The notes under the pieces were generated by a model. That model did not search any database, had not been told where the DNA came from, and was given only the letters and a program-made list of their open reading frames with translations. A stretch of 64,000 nt of DNA from contig JAZDNT010000002.1 in the NCBI GenBank assembly GCA_043799405.1, positions 235,320 to 299,319 on the forward strand, read 5' to 3'. This document shows positions 9,601 through 17,814 of this stretch, piece after piece. Within the stretch, counting starts at the first letter, position 1. The number at the start of each line of letters is the position of its first letter. The DNA is from Candidatus Kerfeldbacteria bacterium (GTDB lineage Bacteria; Patescibacteriota; Patescibacteriia; SBBC01). The position numbers and the translations under genes were made by a program.

Positions 9601-10299
9601 CGTGCCGCCGATTATGGCAACGAGAACGAACTCATGAACTTCTTCGGGTACGACTATACGCCGCAAGATTTCAAGAAATTTATTGAGGATATGTTCGTTA
9701 AAAAACTGCATCTTTCCGATAGCCAGGCGCTCTCGATTGCGACCGACGTAGGATACACTGCAGAGAAGACTAAACATTGGAACATCGCTCGCACGACCGC
9801 GGTCGACTCCGGTACCGGTCGTCTCCAATGGCAGAAATACGACGATCAACAGAAGGAAGTACTCGCAGAGGTTAGGAAAGTCGACTTCGAAAACTTCGTC
9901 CGTCAGGGCAACCGGCTCGCCTGGGGCAACGAGTACATCGGAGGAAGCGAGATGCGAGGAGCGTCGCGTGAGGAAAAAGAGCGGTACTTCCGATCTGGCG
10001 GCGGTCGTGAGTTCCAGATGGCAGATTTCTCCCAGGCGTACCTCGGCGAGAACTTTGGCAAGATGATCCGCGGTATGGGCCAAGGCCGGTTCAACGTTAA
10101 CCTCGCTGTAAAACTGACGTCGGCAATGAACAAGGATATAATCGATAAGATGCAGGGAATACTTACGGGCATCACGCAATATTCCGAGGGCAATCCGTAT
10201 AGCTTCGCTGACTGGAGAACGAAGATTGGCCAGTTCGCAGCGACGGACGTCGATAAGACCGAGTTCGAACTGCTCGAACGATTGTTAAGGCACGGATAA
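6661..10299 (+). CDS. VirB6/TrbL-like polytopic membrane protein with a charged coiled-coil C-terminal extension of about 800 aa
   Basis: The start is 1 nt after the previous stop. The first ~330 aa contain 6 or more hydrophobic helices (for example LLASLLVVVINIMV, MFFIVVLLIIAFG, LIVMAVLVNFSKFIAAFFIDFAQVIMLTF, VIAIVLILRILALWFLIVLSPLAFLL), as in TrbL/VirB6 proteins. The rest is K/E/R/Q-rich and heptad-like. Confidence 0.7.
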   Translation: MRDTAINFIRRNKRPLMGTFVGVAIAVVVLTAPHIAFATWQDNMMGFLSWIVYGLIQLLASLLVVVINIMVSVAQYSKFIGVPAVEKGWAIVRDVCNMFFIVVLLIIAFGTILRIENYRYNRLLARLIVMAVLVNFSKFIAAFFIDFAQVIMLTFVNAWRDIAAGNITSALGLEQIVSLSNAQHNLQDISVSSGTIFTALLLGLFLVTIAVIVMVVIAIVLILRILALWFLIVLSPLAFLLKTYPSTEKYASRWWQEFGKYVVSGPVVAFLLWLTLAIITSPTNLSSDVFKANPSSGKETTEIITGDVGDESTPESRIAVSISAIGKSENLLNYLIGIMLLVGTLVITKELGVAGGQLAGQMATRIQGFATKAATLAGAGIATGGLAAPAAMMGGKRTVQLAKTAVTTPLKGMRGGLRNFIESRTGLAIHPQEWMEKIREVGKEHRQEALDRRNGIASRRLQGGIKEVAVKKWQFVKGKGLRRVATGEMETRQIQAHPRIGALGMPATAWRHKWQLMAPGAGARFNDLSLLAYNERKELEASEKRLALRKQGRDIRKYGAQSIAERMIQARIDRRTAEIAARRAANPQGMENREVEVDKRGRMTPKAGGKTFDEVIAAEEKARGMKYTPEELSERNKKWNQERAELNIKRAQQRLERTKRESEIRDILSNAATRTSSPYYYQIKKKGDKEKGEKEKEEKVTYQDELDEKLKKAKPKDRELTPDEIAKIEEEHRSEWAEEQAEKSLLQEGAYHRPMETMLANEQKGIEDTTSPERLEEVGQQEIEQKLKEIADDLEKARKGLLTSSQIKQKEEERGKLAGEILGLKGAINDHETGTVKLDEATLKEMERRLKEKGGQDGVLEAQLKKGEGDDKDKEAAKEQIKTLGQTQDTLNAIRNGPASEVELRTLEEAVKAQRTKVQDADKAVAMVRPPVPFEAQRELRDSIKEKEKHLLTDSWHEHAAVFEDALRKGDAALAAAALSRAADYGNENELMNFFGYDYTPQDFKKFIEDMFVKKLHLSDSQALSIATDVGYTAEKTKHWNIARTTAVDSGTGRLQWQKYDDQQKEVLAEVRKVDFENFVRQGNRLAWGNEYIGGSEMRGASREEKERYFRSGGGREFQMADFSQAYLGENFGKMIRGMGQGRFNVNLAVKLTSAMNKDIIDKMQGILTGITQYSEGNPYSFADWRTKIGQFAATDVDKTEFELLERLLRHG

Positions 10300-10311
10300 C
10301 TAACTATACAG

Positions 10312-11745
10312 ATGGATAAAGGAACACAAACCATACAGGGCATCGACGGACAACCAGTCGATATGACCGATGCTGATCTTGCAACGCCGGAGATGCTCCG
10401 CCTTTTCCAGCGGTACATCATCCACCTCATGACAGGCGGCGATGCGCAGCAGGCATACCAGCTTGTTCGAGGTCTTGATCGTCTCCTGAAAAAGCAGCCG
10501 GAGATCATGCAGCGTATCTCGGAATATTCGCGGGGATACGGGGATATCATGAACATCGCGAAGGGTCTTGCCTTGAGTATGCTGACGAACGACGAGATTA
10601 TGGAGTACCTCCGTAAGGGGATCATCGTCTCGCTCCGCAATCCCGACGTATCGCTTCTCGATGCGATCTCGACAGCGGTCGATAGACAGTACTATGTCGA
10701 GGATATGGACGATTTTAAGCAAAAACTTACCCATGCGCTCTTTGAGAATCATGAACGGCTGACCCTTCAGTCGCTACAGACCGGGCACGGTACCGTGCCG
10801 CCGACCGTACATGATTGGTTACAGGTTGCGCAACAGTATGCCGGTGACATTGGCCGACCCTTAGCCTACGCAGTACAGGATGACGATAACTTCAAGCAGC
10901 TCCAGCAGGGCGAGCAGGAGATCGTACTGAAGCTTATGGGCGTGTACGACTTGTTATCGGTTCCCTCGAGCGCTCCGGAAGGCTTTGACATCAATCTGAC
11001 CGTGGTCGGAACGGACGGCAAGCGGTACGTTATCGAAGGAGGGGACGTCAGGCCCGCTGTCGATCCTGTGACTGAAAAACTATATGAACAGTTTACAGGC
11101 ACTAAAACTGGAGCTCAAGCTCCTTCGACAGCGTCCGCACAAACCGTTGCTGCTCCGTCAATAGCGCCTGTCAAGGCTCTGGTTCCCGATGCCGTCAAGG
11201 GGTACCGTGAGCTCGTTAAGAAAGTCGGCGATGATCATCGTGATGAAGATGAGTCGAGGTACTCTGCGCAGGAAGAGCTGATCAAGGAGTCGCGTAACGA
11301 CATCAGCCACGTAATCTCGAAACTAGCAAACGGCCTTGCCGTCGGCGACCGCGACGCCATCATTGTCAGCCTGTTCGTCCTCACCCGATTTGGAGTGCTC
11401 GATGCCGCGATGAAGGATGTGCGTATCCGCCTGGAGTTTGACGGTGAGTTCATAGCAGCCCTTGCGAAGCAGTCCAACATCTCGGAAGATACAGCGATTT
11501 CGCTTGCGGATCACAACACGAATGCACCAACGACGGTCGCTGCTTTCCTCTACTGGGCGCTCGATAAGGCGATGGCCGGGGATGAGACTGAGTCAGCGCG
11601 GATCGGTAATCAGATCGGCAACCAGATCGCCGCCCTCGGAAAACCTGAATATGTCAGGATGACCTATTTCGATATCAAAACGAACTCGTTCCGTTGGACG
11701 CCGATCGCACTAAAGAAGGACGGTTCGCTTTTGTGGGTGGAGTGA
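10312..11745 (+). CDS. Hypothetical soluble protein (477 aa), T4SS-locus associated
   Basis: Long ORF with protein-like composition, no TM segment and no motif I recognise. Stop TGA at 11743-11745. Confidence 0.7.
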   Translation: MDKGTQTIQGIDGQPVDMTDADLATPEMLRLFQRYIIHLMTGGDAQQAYQLVRGLDRLLKKQPEIMQRISEYSRGYGDIMNIAKGLALSMLTNDEIMEYLRKGIIVSLRNPDVSLLDAISTAVDRQYYVEDMDDFKQKLTHALFENHERLTLQSLQTGHGTVPPTVHDWLQVAQQYAGDIGRPLAYAVQDDDNFKQLQQGEQEIVLKLMGVYDLLSVPSSAPEGFDINLTVVGTDGKRYVIEGGDVRPAVDPVTEKLYEQFTGTKTGAQAPSTASAQTVAAPSIAPVKALVPDAVKGYRELVKKVGDDHRDEDESRYSAQEELIKESRNDISHVISKLANGLAVGDRDAIIVSLFVLTRFGVLDAAMKDVRIRLEFDGEFIAALAKQSNISEDTAISLADHNTNAPTTVAAFLYWALDKAMAGDETESARIGNQIGNQIAALGKPEYVRMTYFDIKTNSFRWTPIALKKDGSLLWVE

Positions 11746-11770
11746 TGTACCGCCCCCTGCCTGTCGGCAG

Positions 11771-11795
11771 TCCCCCTCCTAGCATTGGAGGGGGA
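11771..11795 (+). terminator. GC-rich hairpin after the 477-aa gene (possible terminator; no T-tract)
   Basis: tccccctcc (11771-11779) pairs with ggaggggga (11787-11795). It is followed by the ggatcccgc motif, which also recurs at the tRNA loci. Confidence 0.3.
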
Positions 11796-11821
11796 TCCCG
11801 CGGAGCGGAAGGGGAGGCACA

Positions 11822-12121
11822 ATGACCCTCCGCGTCCCCCGACCGGCTAACAGCACAGTGGCCATCCAACGCTGCGGGTACGCTCAGTTTAATGATTCCC
11901 GTTCCGGCACATTCAGTTATACGCGTCGCCTCGGAACCGGTTTTTATCCGAGATTCCATCTGTACGTTGAAGAGCGAGAAAACGAATTGGTACTTAAACT
12001 CCACCTCGATCAGAAGAGGCCATCGTATGGCGTCGGCCACGCGCACAGCGGAGAATACGACGGTCAGATAGTTGCAACAGAGCTCTCAAGGATTACGGCG
12101 CTGTTGATTCCGCGTTCATAG
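11822..12121 (+). CDS. Small hypothetical protein (99 aa)
   Basis: The ATG is preceded by ggaaggggaggcaca (a GGAGG Shine-Dalgarno about 6 nt upstream). The C-terminal half has plausible composition (FHLYVEERENELVLKLHLDQKRPSYGVGHAHSGEYDG). No family recognised. Confidence 0.4.
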   Translation: MTLRVPRPANSTVAIQRCGYAQFNDSRSGTFSYTRRLGTGFYPRFHLYVEERENELVLKLHLDQKRPSYGVGHAHSGEYDGQIVATELSRITALLIPRS

Positions 12122-12210
12122 AGCATTATGTAAAAAATGAACAGCAAGCGTATTGTGCATTACTGTTTTTTTGTATTGAAAAAAGTGAAATAGTGGAAAT
12201 AAACGAGAGG

Positions 12211-12239
12211 TTTCCATAGACGCTGTTTTGTGGTATAAT
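12211..12239 (+). promoter_or_regulatory. Sigma-70-like promoter with an extended -10, for the 12289 operon
   Basis: TTTCCA (12211-12216), a 17-nt spacer, then tgg-TATAAT (12234-12239). It lies in an AT-rich gap of about 160 nt. Confidence 0.5.
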
Positions 12240-12288
12240 TATTCCGTTATCGTAAGGAAAAAAGTCATTAAAAAAGCCATAAAAACGA

Positions 12289-14127
12289 ATGATTGACTTT
12301 GCTGAAGTCGGACGGCTCAATTTTAGGGAAAAGGCTGCGCTCGTTCGGCTTGATGCTATTCTCGGCGAGGTCGCAAGTTACGCAGAAACAAGGACGGCGG
12401 CAGAGCTCGCATCGATCCTGCAGAAAAAAGTTGATGAGGATGCGGTCCTTGCCGAACCTCTCGCATCGTACATCGCAAAATTCAGGGTCCTTGAGCTTCC
12501 GCTCCTGACGGACACTGATGCCATTTCGGTCTTCTTGCATATCAGAGCCATCCTGGCCGATGAAAGGATCAGTCTCTACGAACGCATCCGCGCTCGATTC
12601 CTTATCGTTCCTTCTTCCCGACGGGAAGCGTTTGCATTGCAGATCCTTGACGTGGTACGGAAATCGGACGAGTCGTTCGGTTCCGGTACTCTATCTGTTG
12701 GCGCTGAAACCCTCCCGCAAACGGTCGGATCCTGGGTCCGTGCGTTTGAAGCAAGCAGCAGTATAAAAACCGGGGATGTGACGGTGTTCTTTGCGCAACC
12801 ATTTTTTAAGAAGCTGAGCGACGAGGATGACCACGCCGTTCGCCACCTCATCCATATCGTTTCGTTGCTGAGAGCACCCGACTCGATTGAGGCAAAACCT
12901 CCCGTTGTCATACAGCGTGTCACCCCTACCCTAAAGCCTGTACCAGCCCCTTCGAATCTTCCTGTTGAACCGTTGCCTTCGGCTCCAGCGTCCGCCGCTC
13001 CACCCCCGGTCATTCTAGCACAACGGCCACGCGTGAGCGCTCCGTCTGTTCCTTTTTCTCCGGCTCCAGCAGCCGTTAGCGCGGAACGGGGTCCGAGCGT
13101 TGCCGCAGTACTCGCGCGGCTACAACAGGCGCAACTCTATACACCTTCATCGACGCCTGCGGTCGCGCACCTCACACCGGAGGATCACGAGGAGATTCGT
13201 CAGCATACCGATAAGCTCGCATCCTACGATGTCGGTCCGAACGTCCACGATACGTTGAGCAATACCACCGATGCGATCATTAAGGATTTTAACCTAACGT
13301 TCGCCGACGAGAACCTTAAGCGTCGGTTCATAACCATAATCACCTCGCGCCTCAAGGATATCCGGAAGCCAACGGACACGCTTGAGATCCTTACGAGAGG
13401 CGTAAAGGTCGGTGGCATGGAGTACGATCCGGAGCTTGCGGAAAAGATCGTCATGAAAGCGACTGAAGAGGCGCAGAAGTTCTCGACAGAAGAGGGCGTG
13501 AAGAAGCTCGTCGAAAAGCAGCAAGTTGTTCCGGCGACGCCAAAACCGCCAAAGGTCCCCATTGAGCCGCAGCCGATATCACCCCAACCTATTCCACCAA
13601 TGATGGCGTTCCCAGCGCCTACCCCTAGTACGTCAATGAGGGTTCCCCTGACGACGCCGAACGTTCCGTTCCGCATTCCCGTTCAGCAGGTACGCGAAGC
13701 GCCTACTGCCCCTCCGCAGCCGGCCCCACCAATACCCTCTGCTTCGTTCAGACCGATCCAGACGGAACGCCCCACGATATCGGACATCCGCGGGGTTTCC
13801 CGGCTCGTCGGTCCGGTCGAGGAGATACGGGCAATGACCCTTTCTGACTTCCGCCGTCTCGGTGAAACTGCGGTCGCGTGCGTACGTAAGGTCTACGAGA
13901 AGATACAGCTGCTCAACAAGGAATCATTCACGAAACGCGCAGAAGGAATTAAGGCGTGGCATGAGTCTGAGACGTACAAGCTCTACCTTGCCATGGGGCA
14001 GGAGAGCCTGTTCACGGGGAAGACGATACGCGACATCATCGTTGAACGGCAGCGCCAGGGGCAGCCAGCGCTGAGCGAACAAGAGTTCTCTCTCACCGCC
14101 GATCTCAACCGTAAACTTCGCTACTGA
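12289..14127 (+). CDS. Hypothetical protein (612 aa) with two Pro-rich linkers
   Basis: Long ORF. Pro/Ala-rich tracts (PVPAPSNLPVEPLPSAPASAAPPP; PATPKPPKVPIEPQPISPQPIPP) separate globular segments. No TM segment. The stop is 2 nt before the next gene. Confidence 0.75.
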   Translation: MIDFAEVGRLNFREKAALVRLDAILGEVASYAETRTAAELASILQKKVDEDAVLAEPLASYIAKFRVLELPLLTDTDAISVFLHIRAILADERISLYERIRARFLIVPSSRREAFALQILDVVRKSDESFGSGTLSVGAETLPQTVGSWVRAFEASSSIKTGDVTVFFAQPFFKKLSDEDDHAVRHLIHIVSLLRAPDSIEAKPPVVIQRVTPTLKPVPAPSNLPVEPLPSAPASAAPPPVILAQRPRVSAPSVPFSPAPAAVSAERGPSVAAVLARLQQAQLYTPSSTPAVAHLTPEDHEEIRQHTDKLASYDVGPNVHDTLSNTTDAIIKDFNLTFADENLKRRFITIITSRLKDIRKPTDTLEILTRGVKVGGMEYDPELAEKIVMKATEEAQKFSTEEGVKKLVEKQQVVPATPKPPKVPIEPQPISPQPIPPMMAFPAPTPSTSMRVPLTTPNVPFRIPVQQVREAPTAPPQPAPPIPSASFRPIQTERPTISDIRGVSRLVGPVEEIRAMTLSDFRRLGETAVACVRKVYEKIQLLNKESFTKRAEGIKAWHESETYKLYLAMGQESLFTGKTIRDIIVERQRQGQPALSEQEFSLTADLNRKLRY

Positions 14128-14129
14128 TT

Positions 14130-14639
14130 ATGCAGTATACCGTTCCGCAGTTCATCGACGTCGAGGACAAGATCATCGGACCGATATCGGTCCGGCAGTT
14201 CCTTACCTTCCTCGTCTGCGCAGCGCTCATCTTTGCGAACTACGAGATCGTCTATAAGGTATTCCTTCCGAACTTCTGGGTATTCGCGATCTCATCGATT
14301 TTTATCTTCGCTGTCGCAGGTACCTTCGCTTTTTTAAAGATCAACGGCCGCCCCTTTCACTACTTTCTCTTGAACTTTCTCGTTACGATGCAGAAACCAC
14401 GCCTTCGGGTATGGAACAAACGGCTGCGGCGCGCAGACCTCATTCGGCCGGAAGAGGTGATCGAGATAATTGAGGCGATCCCGATAAAGAAACCGCTCAC
14501 GATCAGTAAGCTCACTGAGCTATCGCTCATCGTTGATACCGGAGGCGCCTACCAAGAAGCAAGCAGCGACCTGTCGGAGAAAAAGGAAGAGCGTTCTACG
14601 AAGGAAGAAAACGTAAGAGATATTTTTTCGGAGCCGTAA
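14130..14639 (+). CDS. PrgI-family (VirB3-like) small T4SS membrane protein
   Basis: The N-terminus MQYTVPQFIDVEDKIIGPISVRQFLTFLVCAALIF followed by a second TM helix matches the PrgI-family pattern as I recall it. It sits directly upstream of the VirB4 ORFs. Confidence 0.75.
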   Translation: MQYTVPQFIDVEDKIIGPISVRQFLTFLVCAALIFANYEIVYKVFLPNFWVFAISSIFIFAVAGTFAFLKINGRPFHYFLLNFLVTMQKPRLRVWNKRLRRADLIRPEEVIEIIEAIPIKKPLTISKLTELSLIVDTGGAYQEASSDLSEKKEERSTKEENVRDIFSEP

Positions 14640-14642
14640 CCT

Positions 14643-15344
14643 ATGGCAAAGACAAAGATTATCAGGCAGAAGCCGAGCGAAAAGATTTCGCACAACGCGC
14701 CGTCAACGCAGCGCTTCCTCGACATCCTTGAGATCAAGGACGATGTCGTCGTCTTAAAGGACGGGTCTGTACGCGCCGTTCTCTTGGTTTCCTCGATCAA
14801 CTTCGACCTTAAGTCCGAGGAGGAGCAGAACGCCGTTATTTCGAGCTATGTGCAGTTTTTGAACTCGATTGAGTTCCCGCTGCAGATCGTCATGCAGTCC
14901 CGAAAACTGAACATCGACCGCTACCTTGAGAAGCTGAAAGAGCTCGAGAAGCAGCAGACGAACGAGCTTTTAAAGTCGCAGACCGTCGAGTATCTTCAGT
15001 ACATACAGGAGCTGGTCGAGATCGCAGACATCATGACGAAACGATTCTACGCGGTCGTTCCGTACACCGGTTCGGCTATGACGACGAAGAAGTTCATGTC
15101 GCGGCTCGTCGATGCTTTCTCGCCGACGAACGTTATCCATTTGAAGCAGAAGAAGTTCGAGGAGTACAGGTCGGAACTGTTCAAGCGGGTGGAATTCGTG
15201 ATGGACGGTCTCGGGTCAGCAGGACTGAAGTCCGCGATCCTCGACACGCAGAGCCTTATCGAGCTGTACTACAACACGTATAACCCAGAAACGTCCTCGC
15301 AGGAGCACATGGTCGAGGTCGGAAAGTTACAAGTTGAATCCTAA
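14643..15344 (+). CDS. Protein resembling the VirB4 N-terminal domain (233 aa), encoded separately from the ATPase
   Basis: LEIKDDVVVLKDGSVRAVLLVSSINFDLKSEEEQNAVISSYVQFLNSIEFPLQIV resembles the N-terminal segment of Gram-positive VirB4 (PrgJ/TcpF/Orf16-type) proteins. Confidence 0.65.
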   Translation: MAKTKIIRQKPSEKISHNAPSTQRFLDILEIKDDVVVLKDGSVRAVLLVSSINFDLKSEEEQNAVISSYVQFLNSIEFPLQIVMQSRKLNIDRYLEKLKELEKQQTNELLKSQTVEYLQYIQELVEIADIMTKRFYAVVPYTGSAMTTKKFMSRLVDAFSPTNVIHLKQKKFEEYRSELFKRVEFVMDGLGSAGLKSAILDTQSLIELYYNTYNPETSSQEHMVEVGKLQVES

Positions 15345-15349
15345 TACCT

Positions 15350-17257
15350 ATGCCTGATATCAACCTATCAAAACTGAAGACCGGTGAGACGCTTCCTGGA
15401 AAGGAAGAGGTCAAGAAAACGCGTCCGCGACCAATCGAGACCCCGGCGGAGGTCATCGAGGCAGAACGTATCTACCGTCGCGGCGTCGTCTCGGTGCGCG
15501 ATCTCATCGCGCCGGCCGCGTTGCGCGTCGATACGAACTACATCGAACTCGGCTCGAAGTTCGTGCGTACGGTGTTCGTCGTCACCTACCCGCGGTACAT
15601 CGCAGTCGGGTGGTTCGCGCCAATAATCAACTTCAATTCCCCGCTCGATATCGGCATGTTCTTCTACCCCGTAGAATCTAAGGTCATCCTGAAACAGCTC
15701 AAGAACAAGGTCGGGGCATTAGAGGCCCAGATCCTCTCTGATGCAGAGAAGGGCGCTCCGCGCGATCCGATACGGGAGACGGCCTTGCGCGATATCGAGA
15801 AGCTCCGCGACGACCTTACACAGGGGACAGAAAAGTTCTTCCAATTCGCGCTCTACGTCACGATTTACGGCAGCTCTAAGGATGAGCTCGACCGGGTAAC
15901 GGAAAAGATCGAGGATATGTTCGGATCGAAGCTCGTCTTCTCGAAGCGCTCACTGTTCCAGGGAGAGCAGGGGTTCACGTCCAGCCTACCGCTCGGCGTC
16001 GACCAGTTAATGATCTACTTCAACATGAACTCGAGCCCGGTAGCGAGCTCGTTCCCGTTCATCTCGAGCGATCTTACGAGCGACAACGGCATCTTGTATG
16101 GGATCAACCGTCATAACAACTCACTCATTCTGTTCGATCGGTTCTCCTTACAGAACGCGAACTTTACGGTATTCGCAACGTCAGGCGCTGGAAAGAGCTA
16201 CGCGGTAAAACTGGAGATACTCCGATCGATGATGTTCGGTACCGACGTTATCGTGATCGACCCGGAAAACGAGTACAAGTACCTGTCCGACGCGGTCGGC
16301 GGTACGTACGTGAACATATCGCTCAATTCCGACTCGAAGATAAATCCGTTCGATCTCCCGAGGAGCATACAGGGCGATGAAAAGGCGGCGGACATCATTC
16401 GATCCGCGGTCATTACGCTCAAATCGTTGATGCGCCTCATGCTCGGACAGATTACCAATGAAGAAGATTCGATCATTGACCGCGCGCTCCTCGAAACCTA
16501 CGCAAAGAAGGATATCACTCCGGAGAGCGACCTATCGAAGGTCGAGCCGCCGTTGATGCGTGATTTTCAGGACGTCCTTTCGGGCATGGTCGGCGCTGAC
16601 CAACTCGTCGAACGGCTCAAGAAGTACACGGAAGGTACGTTCTCGGGACTCTTCAACAGCCCGACCAACGTCGAGGTCAATAACCAGCTGATGATCTTTT
16701 CGGTCCGCGACCTCGAGGATGAGCTCCGCCCGATCGGTATCTCAATGATCGTAAGCTACATCTGGAACGTTGCTCGATCGACACTGAAAAAACGCATCCT
16801 TACGATCGACGAGGCGTGGTGGCTCATGCAGAACGAGGATTCCGCGAAGTTCATCTACTCGCTCGTAAAGCGGGCTCGGAAGTACTACCTCGGCGTTACG
16901 ACGATAACGCAGGACGTGAACGATTTCCTCCGCTCCCCGTACGGTCAGGCGATCGTGAACAACTCGGCCCTCCAGCTACTAATGAAGCAGTCTCCGGCCG
17001 GTGTTGACATTGTCGCAAAGACCTTCCTGCTGACGCAGAGCGAGCGGTACCTCCTGCTCGAAGCAGGCGTCGGCGAGGGCATCTTCTTCGCCGGTGCGAA
17101 ACATGCCGCAATAAAGGTTGTTGCGAGCTACACCGAGGACCAGATCATCACATCCGATCCGCGGCAGCTCCTTGAGATCGAAGAGGCGAAGAAGGAGTTC
17201 GAGCAGTCGCTCGCACGCGGCGAGGTTCCCGAGTCGATGGGGGGAGCCGTGAAATGA
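15350..17257 (+). CDS. virB4: VirB4-like T4SS ATPase (middle domain plus ATPase domain, 635 aa)
   Basis: DLIAPAALRVDTNYIELGSKFVRTVFVVTYPRYIAVGWFAPII matches the VirB4 middle-domain pattern. Walker A is FATSGAGKSY (about 16169-16201). Walker B-like is ILTIDEAWWLM. Later motif: YYLGVTTITQDVNDF. Confidence 0.85.
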   Translation: MPDINLSKLKTGETLPGKEEVKKTRPRPIETPAEVIEAERIYRRGVVSVRDLIAPAALRVDTNYIELGSKFVRTVFVVTYPRYIAVGWFAPIINFNSPLDIGMFFYPVESKVILKQLKNKVGALEAQILSDAEKGAPRDPIRETALRDIEKLRDDLTQGTEKFFQFALYVTIYGSSKDELDRVTEKIEDMFGSKLVFSKRSLFQGEQGFTSSLPLGVDQLMIYFNMNSSPVASSFPFISSDLTSDNGILYGINRHNNSLILFDRFSLQNANFTVFATSGAGKSYAVKLEILRSMMFGTDVIVIDPENEYKYLSDAVGGTYVNISLNSDSKINPFDLPRSIQGDEKAADIIRSAVITLKSLMRLMLGQITNEEDSIIDRALLETYAKKDITPESDLSKVEPPLMRDFQDVLSGMVGADQLVERLKKYTEGTFSGLFNSPTNVEVNNQLMIFSVRDLEDELRPIGISMIVSYIWNVARSTLKKRILTIDEAWWLMQNEDSAKFIYSLVKRARKYYLGVTTITQDVNDFLRSPYGQAIVNNSALQLLMKQSPAGVDIVAKTFLLTQSERYLLLEAGVGEGIFFAGAKHAAIKVVASYTEDQIITSDPRQLLEIEEAKKEFEQSLARGEVPESMGGAVK

Positions 17258-17811
17258 AGCGTTACTTCCTTATTGCGGCGCCTATCATCGTCGCCGGGAT
17301 AGTGACGTACGTGGCAATGAGGTTTATCAACGGGAGCAATGAGAATATATCGAACGTTTCGGTCGTCGTTATCAATGCGAATACTACGAACGCGACGGAC
17401 GCATCGAGAAATGTGAACGCAAAGCCGTCAAGCAGGGATCAGGTCCTCTCGCTCGCCAGGCTCTTCTCCGAACGTTACGGAACGACGCTCACCGATGCGC
17501 CGAACGCCAACATCGATAGCGTTCTTCCGTTCGCAAGCGCTTCATTGAAAGAAACGCTGAATCGATTGAGAAGCCGGCCATTGATCAACGCTGGCAAAAG
17601 CGTTAGTACAACGAGCATCGCGCTCGCCTTCAAGATCGTTTCTCTAGACGATAAGGACGGGACCGCAGAGACCGTTGTATCGCTTCAGCGGAAAGAAGAT
17701 GCAGGATCAGGAGCGCCAATAGTATTTATGCAAGATATGCGTCTCAGTTTCGTTTTCGAGGATGAAGAATGGAAGGTGAGCGCGGCGCTCTGGAGCGCAA
17801 GAACGCAGTAA
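17254..17811 (+). CDS. Bitopic membrane protein (185 aa); candidate VirB8-like component
   Basis: ATGA overlap with virB4. One N-terminal TM helix (YFLIAAPIIVAGIVTYVAM), an Asn-rich linker and a C-terminal domain of about 120 aa. The VirB8 assignment rests only on topology, size and position. Confidence 0.6.
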   Translation: MKRYFLIAAPIIVAGIVTYVAMRFINGSNENISNVSVVVINANTTNATDASRNVNAKPSSRDQVLSLARLFSERYGTTLTDAPNANIDSVLPFASASLKETLNRLRSRPLINAGKSVSTTSIALAFKIVSLDDKDGTAETVVSLQRKEDAGSGAPIVFMQDMRLSFVFEDEEWKVSAALWSARTQ

Positions 17812-17814
17812 CGT

